Shown here one piece after another: positions 19,609 to 30,277 of a DNA stretch of 64,000 bases. Position 1 is the first letter of the stretch; each line of letters begins with the position of its first letter. Source of the DNA: Longimicrobiales bacterium (GTDB lineage: Bacteria; Gemmatimonadota; Gemmatimonadetes; Longimicrobiales; Gaopeijiaceae); the NCBI GenBank assembly GCA_041690395.1, contig JAWLHJ010000004.1:32001-96000 (forward strand). The letters run 5' to 3'. A program made the translations under genes and the position numbers. The notes under the pieces were generated by a model that was given only the letters and a program-made list of their open reading frames with translations, was not told the origin of the DNA and ran no database searches.

Positions 19609-22600
19609 CGCCCACCTCCGGGTGATCCGGGCGTCCGGTTCAGGCGCTCGAAGTAGTCGAGGATCATCCGGCGCACACCGGGGCTCAGATCGCGCAACTG
19701 GTCCGCGTCGGGCATCCGGAACGGAAGCACGCCCAGGTCACCCTCCTCGAGCGGCAACACGGAGCCGCGCTCGAAGGTCCCGGCCTCCTCGGACTCCCGT
19801 TCCTCGGAGAACTCCTCACGCTCCAGCGACCTGCCCGCGTCGAGCAGGCGGTGGAAGAGCCGCTCCTGTCGGCGCACGGTCTCGGGATCGAGGCGGCCTT
19901 CCGAAAGCGCCTGCGCGAGCTCCGCGGCCTCGGCGGCGAGCTGTTGGAGGTCACCGAGCGCCCCTTCGGAAGAAGGCTGGTTGGAGAGGTCGCCGAGCTG
20001 ATCGGAGATGGACTGCTGGCCCTCCGACATCTGCTGGGTCTGCTCCGACATCGCCTGCTGGCCGAGCTGCATGGGCACGATCTGCCCCGCCTGATTCACG
20101 AGGTCGCCCTGTTGCTGGGCCAGCTCCTCCAGCGCCTGCTGCATCTCCTGGCCCTGCTGCTCGGCCCCTTCTCCGCCCTGACCCATCTGCTCCGCGCCCG
20201 CCATGGCCATCATCGCGAGTCGGTTGAGATCTCCGACGGCCCGCTCGGCCTCGGCAGACGGCGATCCGCTCAGACTGCGCGGACGGTCCATCGCCGACAC
20301 CGTGCGCTGGAGCGACTCCATGGCCCGCCCCATCTGCGTGGAGATCTCCCGCGCTCCGGGGATCTGCCCTTCGGTGGCGACCTGGAGGTTCTCGGCGAGG
20401 TTCTCGACGCCCTGGACGAGCGACGCCTCGCGGGCCCGCATCTCGACGATCTGCTCGCTGCTGGCGTTACGCATCTCCTCGCGGAGCTCGCTCTGGCGCC
20501 GGGCCAGGGCGAGCGCGTCGTCCGCCGCCTGTTCCAGAGCCTGTTGCGCCTGCTGCATGCGCTGCTGGGCCATGCTCTGCTGCGCCTGCTGGAGCTCCCG
20601 GGCGGCCTCGTCCAAGCGGTCGGAGGCCTGCTCGGCCCGCTCCGCTGCGTCTTCGGCGCTTCCCTCACCGGCCTGGCGCTGGGCCTCACGCATCTCGCCC
20701 GCGGCCTGTTGTGCGCTCTCGCCCGCCTCACGCACGCCGCTGGCGGCGTTCTCCTCCCCGAGCTCGCTCAGCCGCTCTTCCAGCCGCTCCAGCTGTGACT
20801 CCAGGTCCTCCGCGCGTTCGGCGAGGGCGCGCTGCTGCTCGGCCCGCATCTCACCGCCGGGCTCCTCGCGCATGGTTTCGGCCAGCGCACGTTCCTGGCG
20901 TGCGAGCTCCTCCGCCTCGGTGCGGGTTGCGCGGAAGTCCTGCTCCGCCGCGGCCCGGCGGAACCGCTCGAGCGACTCCTCCAGCCGCTCACGGAAGCGC
21001 TCCTGCTCCTCGGCCAGCTCCTCGAGCGTGCGTTCGGCCTCGGCCGCGTCGTCGCGCTCCAGCGCCTCCGAGAGACGGTCGGTCTGGGCCTGGAGGTCCT
21101 CATCCCCGACCTGCTGGAGGAGGGACTGGAGCTCCCGGAGCTGGGCGCGCATCTCGGGGTCGGCCTGACCGGCCTCGGCCATCCGACGCTCCATCTGGTC
21201 GAGCTCGCGTCCGAGGGAGTCGACGGTCGACGCCATGTTCCGCTGCTCATCGAGCGCACGCTGCAGCTCCTCGCGCTCCTCGAAACCCGCGCTCGCCTCA
21301 CCCGCCTGCCCCGTCTCCTGGGACTGCGACCGGTCGCCACGACCGAGCTGCCGCTCGCGGGCGGCCTGACGGTTCTCCTCCGCCCGCTCGCCGGCCGCCT
21401 CGGCCAACTCGGAGAGCCGGTCGGCCGCGTCGTCGAGTGCCTCGTCCACGCCCCGTCGGAGCTCGTCGGCCGACGGCATGCTGAGCACGTATTCCCGGGT
21501 CTCGGTCCACTGCTCGGCGGGGCTGTTGTCGGAGACGCGGACGAGGTACCGCACTTCATCCCCCGGCATGAGCCCCCATGACTGGAAGCTCAGCACAGGC
21601 CTCGCCGACGCCAGCCGTGCACCACCGATGTCGAACGCCTGGACCACGGGCTCCCGACGCTCGCCGAGAGCCGTGACCCGGTACGCGACGATCTCCATCT
21701 GGGCGAGACCGTAATCGTCGGCCGCCTCGATGCCGATCGGTTGGCGGAGATCCAGCGACAGCACCGTGTCGACCCCCGGTTCCAGGATGTCCACGAACGG
21801 CGCCGCGTCGGGAACGAGCTCCACCTCGAGGGGCTCGGGCACGACCTCGGGCCGGCCGCCCTGGGCGTCGAGGAAGGTCCAGGTGTAGCGTCCACCCGCC
21901 CGGGGCACCCACCGCCCGGCGAACGACCTGCCGTTCACGTCGAGCGTGAACGCATCGCTTCCCTCGTCGTCGGTGAGCTGGACCGACGCCAGGGGCCTGT
22001 TCGCGTCGCCTTCGAAGCCGAACCGGGTACCCGCCGGCACGCGGAGCATCGGCGCTGCCCCCCGGTATTCCTCCGGCGCGAGTCCCGTGTGCGGTGGGAA
22101 CTCGACGTCGATCTCCAGGGCGCTGACGAAGAGGGGGTCGACCGGCGTGATGCGGAAGTCCGCCGATGTCGAACCGTCGTCACCGGTCGCGCGATAGTCC
22201 GTCGGCGCCGAGACGTCGGCGAGCACGAGCTCGGCCCTTCCCTCGACGACCTCCAGGACCTCCGTCCGGGCGACATCGCCCACCTCCTGCCAACGGATCT
22301 CCAGGGTGCGCCGGCCGGGCGCGACGACCTCGACGCGCACGTCGCTCCCGCGCATGACCTCCACGTTCCCGGGTGAGACGGCCATCGCGGGGAGCACCGG
22401 CCCGTTCAAGACCCGCAGCGGTGACGCCAGACCCGACCACGCGGCCGTGGAGCGGCTCGGCTGGGCCACTGTGAGCGCCACGATCGCGAGCGTCGCGACC
22501 ACCAGCGCGCCGGAGCCGCGACGCACCCAGCGCGTGACCGTCCGGCCGAGATCGCCGGCCAGCTCGGGGTCGGGCCGATCGCCGAGACGCTCGAGGGCCC

Positions 22601-22985
22601 CCTGGGACGCCCGCGCGGCGAGCGACGTGGACACGCCTTCCGGGAGGGCACGAGCGAGTTCGAGTGGGCCGCGCAGCTCGCCCCGCCGCAGCGCGACGGC
22701 GCGCTCCATGGCGCCGGCGAGCCGCTCCTCGTCCAGCGAGCGGGTCGCGGCCCGACGGAAGACCAGGCCTCCGGCTACGATCCCGAGCACCACCAGAGCG
22801 TCGAGGACCAGCGGGACGACGCTTCCCGATCGCCATCCGGCTTCGCCGGACCACAACCATGCGACCACCCAGGCGAGCCCGATTCCGGCGAGCATCCAAG
22901 CCGCCGCGCCGAGGATCGAGCGCCGGTACAGGTAGCGGCGGACCGCGGCGACCCTGGCCGTGAGATCCCTCGCGTGAGGACTCAT
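19605..22985 (-). CDS. DUF4175-like large membrane-anchored protein with Ig-like beta domains and a long Q/E-rich coiled coil
   Basis: About 3 N-terminal TMs, A.DDYGL motif, ~500 aa Q/E/A heptads, C-terminal RLLDAGRS...YFERL. Confidence 0.75.
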   Translation of the reverse strand: MSPHARDLTARVAAVRRYLYRRSILGAAAWMLAGIGLAWVVAWLWSGEAGWRSGSVVPLVLDALVVLGIVAGGLVFRRAATRSLDEERLAGAMERAVALRRGELRGPLELARALPEGVSTSLAARASQGALERLGDRPDPELAGDLGRTVTRWVRRGSGALVVATLAIVALTVAQPSRSTAAWSGLASPLRVLNGPVLPAMAVSPGNVEVMRGSDVRVEVVAPGRRTLEIRWQEVGDVARTEVLEVVEGRAELVLADVSAPTDYRATGDDGSTSADFRITPVDPLFVSALEIDVEFPPHTGLAPEEYRGAAPMLRVPAGTRFGFEGDANRPLASVQLTDDEGSDAFTLDVNGRSFAGRWVPRAGGRYTWTFLDAQGGRPEVVPEPLEVELVPDAAPFVDILEPGVDTVLSLDLRQPIGIEAADDYGLAQMEIVAYRVTALGERREPVVQAFDIGGARLASARPVLSFQSWGLMPGDEVRYLVRVSDNSPAEQWTETREYVLSMPSADELRRGVDEALDDAADRLSELAEAAGERAEENRQAARERQLGRGDRSQSQETGQAGEASAGFEEREELQRALDEQRNMASTVDSLGRELDQMERRMAEAGQADPEMRAQLRELQSLLQQVGDEDLQAQTDRLSEALERDDAAEAERTLEELAEEQERFRERLEESLERFRRAAAEQDFRATRTEAEELARQERALAETMREEPGGEMRAEQQRALAERAEDLESQLERLEERLSELGEENAASGVREAGESAQQAAGEMREAQRQAGEGSAEDAAERAEQASDRLDEAARELQQAQQSMAQQRMQQAQQALEQAADDALALARRQSELREEMRNASSEQIVEMRAREASLVQGVENLAENLQVATEGQIPGAREISTQMGRAMESLQRTVSAMDRPRSLSGSPSAEAERAVGDLNRLAMMAMAGAEQMGQGGEGAEQQGQEMQQALEELAQQQGDLVNQAGQIVPMQLGQQAMSEQTQQMSEGQQSISDQLGDLSNQPSSEGALGDLQQLAAEAAELAQALSEGRLDPETVRRQERLFHRLLDAGRSLEREEFSEERESEEAGTFERGSVLPLEEGDLGVLPFRMPDADQLRDLSPGVRRMILDYFERLNRTPGSPGGGR

Positions 22986-23650
22986 GACGCCGACTGCCCG
23001 AGCACGTAGAGCACGAGGTTGACGCCCATGCGCAGCGCGTCTTCGCGGACTTCCTGGGCGTCACCGTGCACATCCGGGTCCTCCCAGCCATCCCCGAGGT
23101 CGGACTCGTAGCTGTAGAAGACGATCAGCCGACCCTCGTGAAACAGCCCGAGGGCCTGAGGCGCCGCGCCGTCGTGCTCGTGAATCTTGGGAAGCCCTTC
23201 CGGAAACTCGTAGAAGACTCTGAACACGGGGTGGTCCGCGGGGATCTCCGTCAGCTCGAGCTCCGGGAAGACCTGCGCGATCTCCCGCCGGAACGACTCG
23301 TCCAGACCGTAGTTGTCGTCCGCGTGGAGGAATCCTCCGCCGGTCAGATACGACCGTAGGCGGGCCCGCTCCTCCGCAGTGAACCGGACCTCGCCATGGC
23401 CGGTCATGTAGAGGTACGGATAGTCGGGTAGGCGCGGGTCGAGCAGGGTCAGGGCGTCGGCTCGGCGGGCCGCGACGATGCCGGTTCGCTCGCGCACGGC
23501 TCCGAGCAGATTCGGGAGCGACGACGGGTTCGCGTACCAGTCACCCCCACCCCCGTACTCGAGGCGGGCGATGCGCAACGAATCCGCCTGCGCGGCGACG
23601 GAGGAGGGCAGCATCGTCACGAGAAGGGTCCAGAGCAAGACATGGATCAT
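22982..23650 (-). CDS. DUF4159-family exported protein
   Basis: Signal peptide; IARL.YGGGGDWY, YMTGHG, GGFLHADDNYG, ESDLGDGWED, MGVN. Confidence 0.9.
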   Translation of the reverse strand: MIHVLLWTLLVTMLPSSVAAQADSLRIARLEYGGGGDWYANPSSLPNLLGAVRERTGIVAARRADALTLLDPRLPDYPYLYMTGHGEVRFTAEERARLRSYLTGGGFLHADDNYGLDESFRREIAQVFPELELTEIPADHPVFRVFYEFPEGLPKIHEHDGAAPQALGLFHEGRLIVFYSYESDLGDGWEDPDVHGDAQEVREDALRMGVNLVLYVLGQSAS

Positions 23651-24489
23651 CCCGTGTTCGACTCCAATTCGTGGACGATGCGGTACGCGTCATTTCGAGG
23701 CATGCCGAGCTGGCGGGCGAGCTCTTTGGCGACCCCCGATGGGCGCATGCCTCCCCCGAGCAGGGTCATGGCCAGCTCACGGATCTCGGCGTCGTCGGGG
23801 AGGGCCTCGGCCCCTTCCGGGCGCGCCTCGACGACCACGGTCACCTCGCCCCTGGCCGGGTTCTCTTCATAGTAGGCGGCTGCCTCGGCGAGGGTTCCAC
23901 GGAAGAACTCCTCGTGCAGCTTGGTCAGCTCCCGGGCGACGGCCACCCGCCGCTCCGGCCCGCACGCGTCAGCGAGATCCGCCAGCAGCCTCGGGAGTCG
24001 CACCGGAGACTCGAAGAGAACGACGGTTTCGCTCGCCCCGGCGACCCGCTCCAGGAGCGCCCCCCGGGCGGCCCCCTTTCGATCGGGGAAGCCGAGGAAG
24101 GTGAACCGCTCACCGGGTAGACCCGAGGCCACCAGGGCGGCCAGGACCGCGCTCGCTCCAGGGATCGGCACCACCGTGTGTCCCGCCTTGACGACGGCTC
24201 CGACCACGCGTCCACCCGGGTCGGAGACGAGCGGCGTGCCGGCATCGGACACCAGGGCGAGGTCCTCGCCCGCGTCCAGCCATTCGAGAATGCGGTCGAT
24301 CCGCTCGCGCTCGTTGTGCTGGTGGAGAGAGACGAGCGGCGCGGACGACCCCGCGCGCTCGGCGAGCACGCGGGAGCGCCGCGTGTCCTCCGCGAGGATC
24401 CGGGAGACGGACACGAGGGTCTCGGCCGCGCGCGGAGACAGGTCTCCGAGGTTGCCGATGGGCGTGCTGACGAGGAAGAGCGTGGACAC
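23647..24489 (-). CDS. rsmI: 16S rRNA C1402 2'-O-methyltransferase
   Basis: LVSTPIGNLGD, AEDTR, SDAGTPLVSDPG, FESP.R, ARELTKLHEE. Confidence 0.96.
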   Translation of the reverse strand: MSTLFLVSTPIGNLGDLSPRAAETLVSVSRILAEDTRRSRVLAERAGSSAPLVSLHQHNERERIDRILEWLDAGEDLALVSDAGTPLVSDPGGRVVGAVVKAGHTVVPIPGASAVLAALVASGLPGERFTFLGFPDRKGAARGALLERVAGASETVVLFESPVRLPRLLADLADACGPERRVAVARELTKLHEEFFRGTLAEAAAYYEENPARGEVTVVVEARPEGAEALPDDAEIRELAMTLLGGGMRPSGVAKELARQLGMPRNDAYRIVHELESNTG

Positions 24490-24563
24490 ACGGGAAGATA
24501 GTCCACCGGGCCGGACCCGAAAACGAGACGCCCGGACCAGCTCGGAGGAGCCGGCCCGGGCGT

Positions 24564-24622
24564 CGATCGGACCACGTCCTCCCGGAACGGCGCAACGGGC
24601 CGCACGGGAGTGGTCACCGATC
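24564..24622 (-). terminator. Stem-loop immediately after trxA (terminator or processing hairpin)
   Basis: gatcgg-t-gaccac-tcccg pairs with cggga-ggac-gtggtc-cgatc; no strong U-tract. Confidence 0.4.
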
Positions 24623-24956
24623 AGATGTGCTGCTTGATCTTCTCTTCGAGATGGGGCCTCGGTACCGCGCCGACGACCCGCTCGACCAGCTCTCCGTCCT
24701 TGAAGAAGAGGATGCTCGGGATGGACGTCACGCGGAATCGGGCGGTCGTGCTCGGATTCGAGTCCACGTCCAGCTTTCCTACCCGAAGTCCCTTGTCCTT
24801 GTACTCGTCCGCGAGCTCGCTGACGATCGGGGCGACCATGCGGCAGGGCCCACACCATTCGGCCCAGAAGTCCACCATCTGGAGTCCGTCGCCCTGTTCG
24901 ATCTCCGCGACGAAGTTGTCGTCGTTGACTTCCAGGATCGCGTCACTCGTTGCCAT
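24621..24956 (-). CDS. trxA: Thioredoxin
   Basis: VDFWAEWCGPC, SIP; strong AAAGGAG RBS. Confidence 0.97.
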   Translation of the reverse strand: MATSDAILEVNDDNFVAEIEQGDGLQMVDFWAEWCGPCRMVAPIVSELADEYKDKGLRVGKLDVDSNPSTTARFRVTSIPSILFFKDGELVERVVGAVPRPHLEEKIKQHI

Positions 24957-25040
24957 CTAGATTCTCCTTTAAGTTGTGCGGGCTCGCCGATTCCGGCCCG
25001 AACCCGAGCCCCGCACTCGAACGCACAGGACCTTGATTCC

Positions 25041-25445
25041 ATGCAAATGCTACAGGCGACACGTCCTCTCGATCATGTCGGCATCGCGGTGCCGTCCATC
25101 GAGGACCACCGTGTGCATTACGAATCCCTCACGGGCGAGACTTGTTCCGCTCCCGTGACCATCGAGTCGCAGGGCGTACGCGTCGCGTTCGTGGGGATGA
25201 TCGAGCTGCTGGAGCCCACCGGCCCGGAAACGACCGTGGGTCGGTTCCTCGCGAAGCGCGGCCCCGGCCTTCACCACATCGCCTACCGGACGCCCGACAT
25301 CGCGGCCGAGTTGGAGCGAGCCCGCGCCCGCGGCCTGCGCCTCGTGGATGAGACGCCCCGCCCCGGCGCGCACGGCCTCGTCGCGTTCATCCACCCTTCC
25401 AGCACCGGAGGCGTGCTGATGGAGCTCGTCCAGCGCGGCGAGTGA
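25041..25445 (+). CDS. mce: Methylmalonyl-CoA epimerase (VOC family)
   Basis: LDHVGIAV, IELLEP, GPGLHHIAY, FIHP..TGGVLMELVQ. Confidence 0.88.
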   Translation: MQMLQATRPLDHVGIAVPSIEDHRVHYESLTGETCSAPVTIESQGVRVAFVGMIELLEPTGPETTVGRFLAKRGPGLHHIAYRTPDIAAELERARARGLRLVDETPRPGAHGLVAFIHPSSTGGVLMELVQRGE

Positions 25446-25450
25446 CGGGA

Positions 25451-25960
25451 TCACGATCCCGCCATCACTCTCTGGAGATCGACCTCCTGGACGAGCCAGC
25501 GGCCGTCTCCACCGTGGACGACCACGAACGGGACACCGCGCACCACCCTCTCGCGGTCGATCCGGAGATCGACCACGACCTGGCTGGTGGGATGATCCCG
25601 CCCGGCCACCATCCGCTGCTGGGTCACCGTGTAGTCCTGATGCCTCAGGATCGAGGCGATGGCGTCCATCCGTAGCTCGACCTCCTGCCGCGTTCGACAC
25701 GCCTGTCCGCCGAACCACGACCCGATCTTCTTGAAGGCGCAGCCGAAGGTGCTCCCGGTGTCGCCGTAGGACCCCTCGGCGGTGCCGAACAGGCGCCCCA
25801 TGGCATCGAGATCACGCTGGTTCGCCGCCTGCAGGAAGCGCTCGACCGACAGCTGGGGCTCGAGCGCCGTCGCCGGGTTCACCCGGGCCGAGGACGAAGA
25901 CGCACACGCGGGCAGGAAGGCGAGCGCCAGCACCGCCACCCACTTTCGGACTCCGGTCAT
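25451..25960 (-). CDS. Hypothetical lipoprotein
   Basis: LPAC lipobox after a hydrophobic stretch; GAGGG RBS. Confidence 0.7.
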   Translation of the reverse strand: MTGVRKWVAVLALAFLPACASSSSARVNPATALEPQLSVERFLQAANQRDLDAMGRLFGTAEGSYGDTGSTFGCAFKKIGSWFGGQACRTRQEVELRMDAIASILRHQDYTVTQQRMVAGRDHPTSQVVVDLRIDRERVVRGVPFVVVHGGDGRWLVQEVDLQRVMAGS

Positions 25961-26050
25961 CGCGATCCCTCGGTTGTCATGGGTGCAGGAGCCCGAATCT
26001 GGACAAAACGCCGGACCGCCGGAAGCCCCGCGCGCGATGGAGCACGCCCG

Positions 26051-28663
26051 TCATGCTCCGTCGCTCCCCGTGCTCCCGGTCGAGAGCGTGAGCGCGCTCC
26101 CGTCCGGGGCGAGATCCACCACGACCCGGGTTCCCTCCGCGATCTCCTCGTCGAGTAGCAGCAGCGCTAGTGGATCCTGCACGTGCCGCTGTATGGAGCG
26201 CTTGAGCGGACGCGCGCCGAACACCGGATCGTAGCCCTCCTCGGCGAGGAAGCCCCGGGCCGCGTCGGTCACGTCCAGCACGACGCCGACGTCGGCCGCC
26301 AGGGCGACGACCCGCTCGAGCTGGAGGTCGACGATCCGCCTCAGCTCCGCCTCTCCGAGCGGCCTGAAGACCACGATGTCGTCGATCCGGTTCAGGAACT
26401 CGGGTCGGAAGTGATGATGCAGCTGCTGCCGCACGTCCTTCTCGACCGCGTCCCAGTCCGCCGCAGGTCCCGCCGCGAGGATGTTCTGGCTCCCGATGTT
26501 CGACGTCATGATGATGACGACGTTGCGGAAGTCCACGGTTCGGCCATGCGAGTCGGTGAGGCGTCCGTCGTCCAGGATCTGGAGGAGGACGTTGAACACC
26601 TCGGGGTGCGCCTTCTCGATCTCGTCGAAGAGAACGACCGCGTGGGGGCGGCGGCGGACCGCCTCCGTGAGCTGTCCCCCCTCCTCGAAGCCGACGTACC
26701 CGGGGGGCGCCCCGATCAGCCGCGCGACGGCATGCTTCTCCATGTACTCGGACATGTCGATGCGGACCATCGCCCGCTCGTCGTCGAAGATGAACTCCGC
26801 CAGCGCCCGCGCCGTCTCGGTCTTGCCCACGCCGGTCGGGCCGAGGAAGACGAACGAGCCCACGGGCCGGTTCGGGTCCTGGAGGCCGGCCCGGGAGCGG
26901 CGAACCGCGTTCGACACCGCCGTGACGGCCTCGTCCTGCCCGACCACCCGCTCGCCGAGGTGGTCCTCGAGATGCGTGAGCCGCTGGCGCTCCGATTCGA
27001 GCAGCCTGGACACCGGGATGCCCGTCCATTCCCCGACCACCATGGCGATGTCGTCGGCGTCGACCTCTTCGCGGAGGTACTTCTGGTCCTTCTGGAGCTC
27101 CGCCAGCCGGGCGGCGTGCTCCTCGATCTCGGTCTCGGCCTTCGGGATCTCCCCGTAGTTGATCTCCGCCGCGCGGGTGAGGTCCCCCGTGCGGGTGGCG
27201 CGCTCCGCCTCGATCCGCAGCTCGTCCACACGGGAACGGAGCGCCTGGATCTCCTCGATGACGTCCTTCTCCGCCTGCCAGCGCGCCTTCATCCCCTGGC
27301 TCTTCTCGCGCAGCTCGGCGAGCTCTTCCTCGATGGCTGTGCGGCGCTCCCGCGCGGCGCCGTCCGCTTCCTTCTGGAGCGCCTGGCGCTCGATCTCGAG
27401 CTGGACGATGCGGCGCTCCACCTCGTCGATCTCCTGCGGAAGCGAGTCGATCTCGATGCGGAGCCGGCTGGCGGCCTCGTCGATGAGGTCGATCGCCTTG
27501 TCCGGCAGGAAGCGCCCGCCGATGTAGCGGTCCGAAAGCTTGGCGGCCGCGATGACGGCATCGTCCGTGATGCGGACCCCGTGGTGGACCTCGTAGCGCT
27601 CCTTCAGCCCGCGGAGGATCGCGACGGCGTCCTCAACCGACGGTGGTGCGACGAACACGGGCTGGAAGCGGCGCTCGAGGGCGGGGTCCTTCTCGATGTG
27701 CTTGCGGTACTCGTCGAGCGTCGTGGCGCCCACGACCCGGAGCTCACCACGAGCGAGCGCCGGCTTGAGCATGTTCCCGGCGTCGACGGCACCTTCGGCC
27801 GCTCCGGCGCCCACGATCGTGTGCATCTCGTCGATGAAGATGACGTAGCGGCCCTCCGCTTCCGTGATCTCCTTGAGCACCGCCTTCATGCGCTCCTCGA
27901 ACTCGCCGCGGTACTTGGCTCCAGCCAGCATCGCGGAGATGTCGAGCATCAGGAGCTTCTTGTTGCTGAGCGAGGTGGGGATGTCGCCCTCGACCATGCG
28001 CTGGGCGAGGCCCTCGACGATGGCCGTCTTGCCGACACCCGGCTCGCCGATGAGCACCGGATTGTTCTTGGTACGGCGGGCCAGGACCTTGATGACACGG
28101 CGGATCTCCTCGTCGCGGCCGATGACGGGATCGAGCTTCCCCCTGCGGGCTTGCTCCGTGAGGTCCGTCGAGAAGCGCGCGAGAGCCTGGAAGCTGTCCT
28201 CCGGCGTCTGGTCCGTTACCCGGTGCGACCCGCGCACCGCGTCGGTCGCGGCCCGGACCTCGGACAGGTTCGCGCCGGCGTCCCGTAGGATCCGTCCCGC
28301 ATCGTCCTTCTCGCCGGTCAGCCCGAGCAGCAGATGCTCGGTGGAGACGTACTCGTCTCCCAGCTCACGGGCGGCGTCCTGAGCCGCGTCCAGGGCCTTG
28401 CGCAGATCGCGTGAAAGATGGGGCTCCGCGCCGCCCTCGACCCGGGCCATCCGGTCCAGCGCCTCGCCGACGCGCTCGCGGATCAGTCCGATCGGGACTT
28501 CCAGCTTCTGGAGGATCGGGACGACGATCCCGTCCTGCTGCTGGAGCAGCGCGTGGAGCAGATGCGCCCCATGCACCTCCGCGTTGCCGCGGTGACGGGC
28601 CTCCTCGCCGGCCGCCTGTAGCGCCTCGGCGGACTTCACGGTCAATCTATCGGCACTGAGCAT
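26051..28663 (-). CDS. clpB: Chaperone ClpB
   Basis: Two AAA+ domains ([16 protein letters not shown]) with a coiled-coil M domain; no IGF loop. Confidence 0.98.
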   Translation of the reverse strand: MLSADRLTVKSAEALQAAGEEARHRGNAEVHGAHLLHALLQQQDGIVVPILQKLEVPIGLIRERVGEALDRMARVEGGAEPHLSRDLRKALDAAQDAARELGDEYVSTEHLLLGLTGEKDDAGRILRDAGANLSEVRAATDAVRGSHRVTDQTPEDSFQALARFSTDLTEQARRGKLDPVIGRDEEIRRVIKVLARRTKNNPVLIGEPGVGKTAIVEGLAQRMVEGDIPTSLSNKKLLMLDISAMLAGAKYRGEFEERMKAVLKEITEAEGRYVIFIDEMHTIVGAGAAEGAVDAGNMLKPALARGELRVVGATTLDEYRKHIEKDPALERRFQPVFVAPPSVEDAVAILRGLKERYEVHHGVRITDDAVIAAAKLSDRYIGGRFLPDKAIDLIDEAASRLRIEIDSLPQEIDEVERRIVQLEIERQALQKEADGAARERRTAIEEELAELREKSQGMKARWQAEKDVIEEIQALRSRVDELRIEAERATRTGDLTRAAEINYGEIPKAETEIEEHAARLAELQKDQKYLREEVDADDIAMVVGEWTGIPVSRLLESERQRLTHLEDHLGERVVGQDEAVTAVSNAVRRSRAGLQDPNRPVGSFVFLGPTGVGKTETARALAEFIFDDERAMVRIDMSEYMEKHAVARLIGAPPGYVGFEEGGQLTEAVRRRPHAVVLFDEIEKAHPEVFNVLLQILDDGRLTDSHGRTVDFRNVVIIMTSNIGSQNILAAGPAADWDAVEKDVRQQLHHHFRPEFLNRIDDIVVFRPLGEAELRRIVDLQLERVVALAADVGVVLDVTDAARGFLAEEGYDPVFGARPLKRSIQRHVQDPLALLLLDEEIAEGTRVVVDLAPDGSALTLSTGSTGSDGA

Positions 28664-28770
28664 CGCTTCCCCTTTCCGGCCTCGAGTTCTCGGTCATGGC
28701 CTGCCACTTCGGCAGACCCGCACGTCCATCGCCTTATAAGAACTCAAGATCCGGGCCGCCCGCTCGAAGC

Positions 28771-30207
28771 TCAGGGCAGCGGCTCCCCCAGGACCCACTT
28801 GATGCGATGCCCGGCCGGGAGGACCTCCTGCGGCGTCACCCGGTTGATACGCGCCAGCGTCTCGATCGATGCGGGAGACGGGTTGCTCTGCAGGTACGTG
28901 GAGAGCGAGGTCGCGCCACCGAGGCTCCGGATGTCGATCCGCCAGGGCTGAACGGCCAGGATGGCGCGATCGGTGAGGGGCCGGAAGCTGGTGATGGTCG
29001 CCGCGACCCTTCCAGCATGGCTCGACCACGCGGCCGCGCTCGCCCCGTAGCCGAGCATCCGGTATGTCACGCCGCCGTGGCGGACGAACGCCACCTCGCC
29101 TCGAACCGTTCCGCCCTCGGTCGTCGCCTCGAAGTCCGCCCTCGCCTTCTCTACTCCGTCCGTCGATTCCTGACGGACGGCGCCCCCCGCGATCCCCTCC
29201 TGAGCGAGGAACTCGCGCAGCGCGGCCGCTGGATCTGGCGCGTCCTGCGCCACCTCGACGGTCATGACCGCCTCTTCGCCGGGGTCGATCGCCGCCACGA
29301 CCGTGCGCTGGTTGATCGTCCGCCAGCCCGAAGGGAACGTCAGCTCGAACTCGAGATCGGGATGCACGAACCGCGTGTCCTTGAAGTATCCCTGACGGGG
29401 GTCTTCGCCGAAGAGCATGCCATCGAGGTGATCCAGGTACTGATCCCGAGCCACCGTCCCGTCGGTCGGAAAGCCCTCCGCGGCAATCTCTTCGCGGATA
29501 TTGTCCGCCCGGTTCTCCGGGTACGGGTGGGTCAGCTGCCACTCCGGAATCCGACCCTCGCCCCCGCCGCCCGCCTCCGCCAGCATCTCGAACACGCCGA
29601 TCATCGAGGTCGGGTCGTAGCCGAGACGGGAGATGTAGCGGAGCCCGAGCTCGTCCGACTGCGTCTCGTCACCTCGTGAGTAGCTGAGGTTCATGAGCTG
29701 CATGCCGGCGCTCAACAGCCCCCCGACCCTGCGGATGTCCTCGGAGAGCACCATTCCGACCCCGAGGCCGATCTGCTGGAGTTGCTGCCTGCTGATCTGC
29801 GACACCGAGTGGCGGGCGGTCACGTGTCCGATCTCATGGCCCAGAACGCCCGCGAGCTCCGCTTCCGAGTCGAAGTGCGCCAGGATGCCGCGCGTCACAT
29901 AGATGAAGCCGCCGGGAAGCGCGAAAGCGTTCACGATCGGATCGTCGATGACACGGAACGTCCACGGCAGGTCGGGACGCTCGGATACGGCCGCCAGCCT
30001 GAGGCCCAGATCCGACACGTAGCTCTGCAGCTCGGGATTCTCCACCAGGCCGAGTTGCGCGCTGATCTGCGGGTCGGCTTCCCGTCCCATCTCGATCTCC
30101 TGGGACTCGCTGACGAGCGACAGCTCGCGACGCCCTGTCGCGGGGTTGACCGAACAGGCGCCGACGACGAGCAGGAGTGCGACGAGAAGAGAGCGTTTGA
30201 GCTTCAT
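28771..30207 (-). CDS. M48-family metalloprotease lipoprotein with a C-terminal LysM-like domain
   Basis: VGAC lipobox, NAFALPGG, HEIGH, YSR.DE.QSD, THP. Confidence 0.92.
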   Translation of the reverse strand: MKLKRSLLVALLLVVGACSVNPATGRRELSLVSESQEIEMGREADPQISAQLGLVENPELQSYVSDLGLRLAAVSERPDLPWTFRVIDDPIVNAFALPGGFIYVTRGILAHFDSEAELAGVLGHEIGHVTARHSVSQISRQQLQQIGLGVGMVLSEDIRRVGGLLSAGMQLMNLSYSRGDETQSDELGLRYISRLGYDPTSMIGVFEMLAEAGGGGEGRIPEWQLTHPYPENRADNIREEIAAEGFPTDGTVARDQYLDHLDGMLFGEDPRQGYFKDTRFVHPDLEFELTFPSGWRTINQRTVVAAIDPGEEAVMTVEVAQDAPDPAAALREFLAQEGIAGGAVRQESTDGVEKARADFEATTEGGTVRGEVAFVRHGGVTYRMLGYGASAAAWSSHAGRVAATITSFRPLTDRAILAVQPWRIDIRSLGGATSLSTYLQSNPSPASIETLARINRVTPQEVLPAGHRIKWVLGEPLP

Positions 30208-30277
30208 GGTACGGTCTCGCTTCGGCTTGGAGGTCGGGCATTCCGATGTTCTAATGTGCATGGATCGCATCTACACC

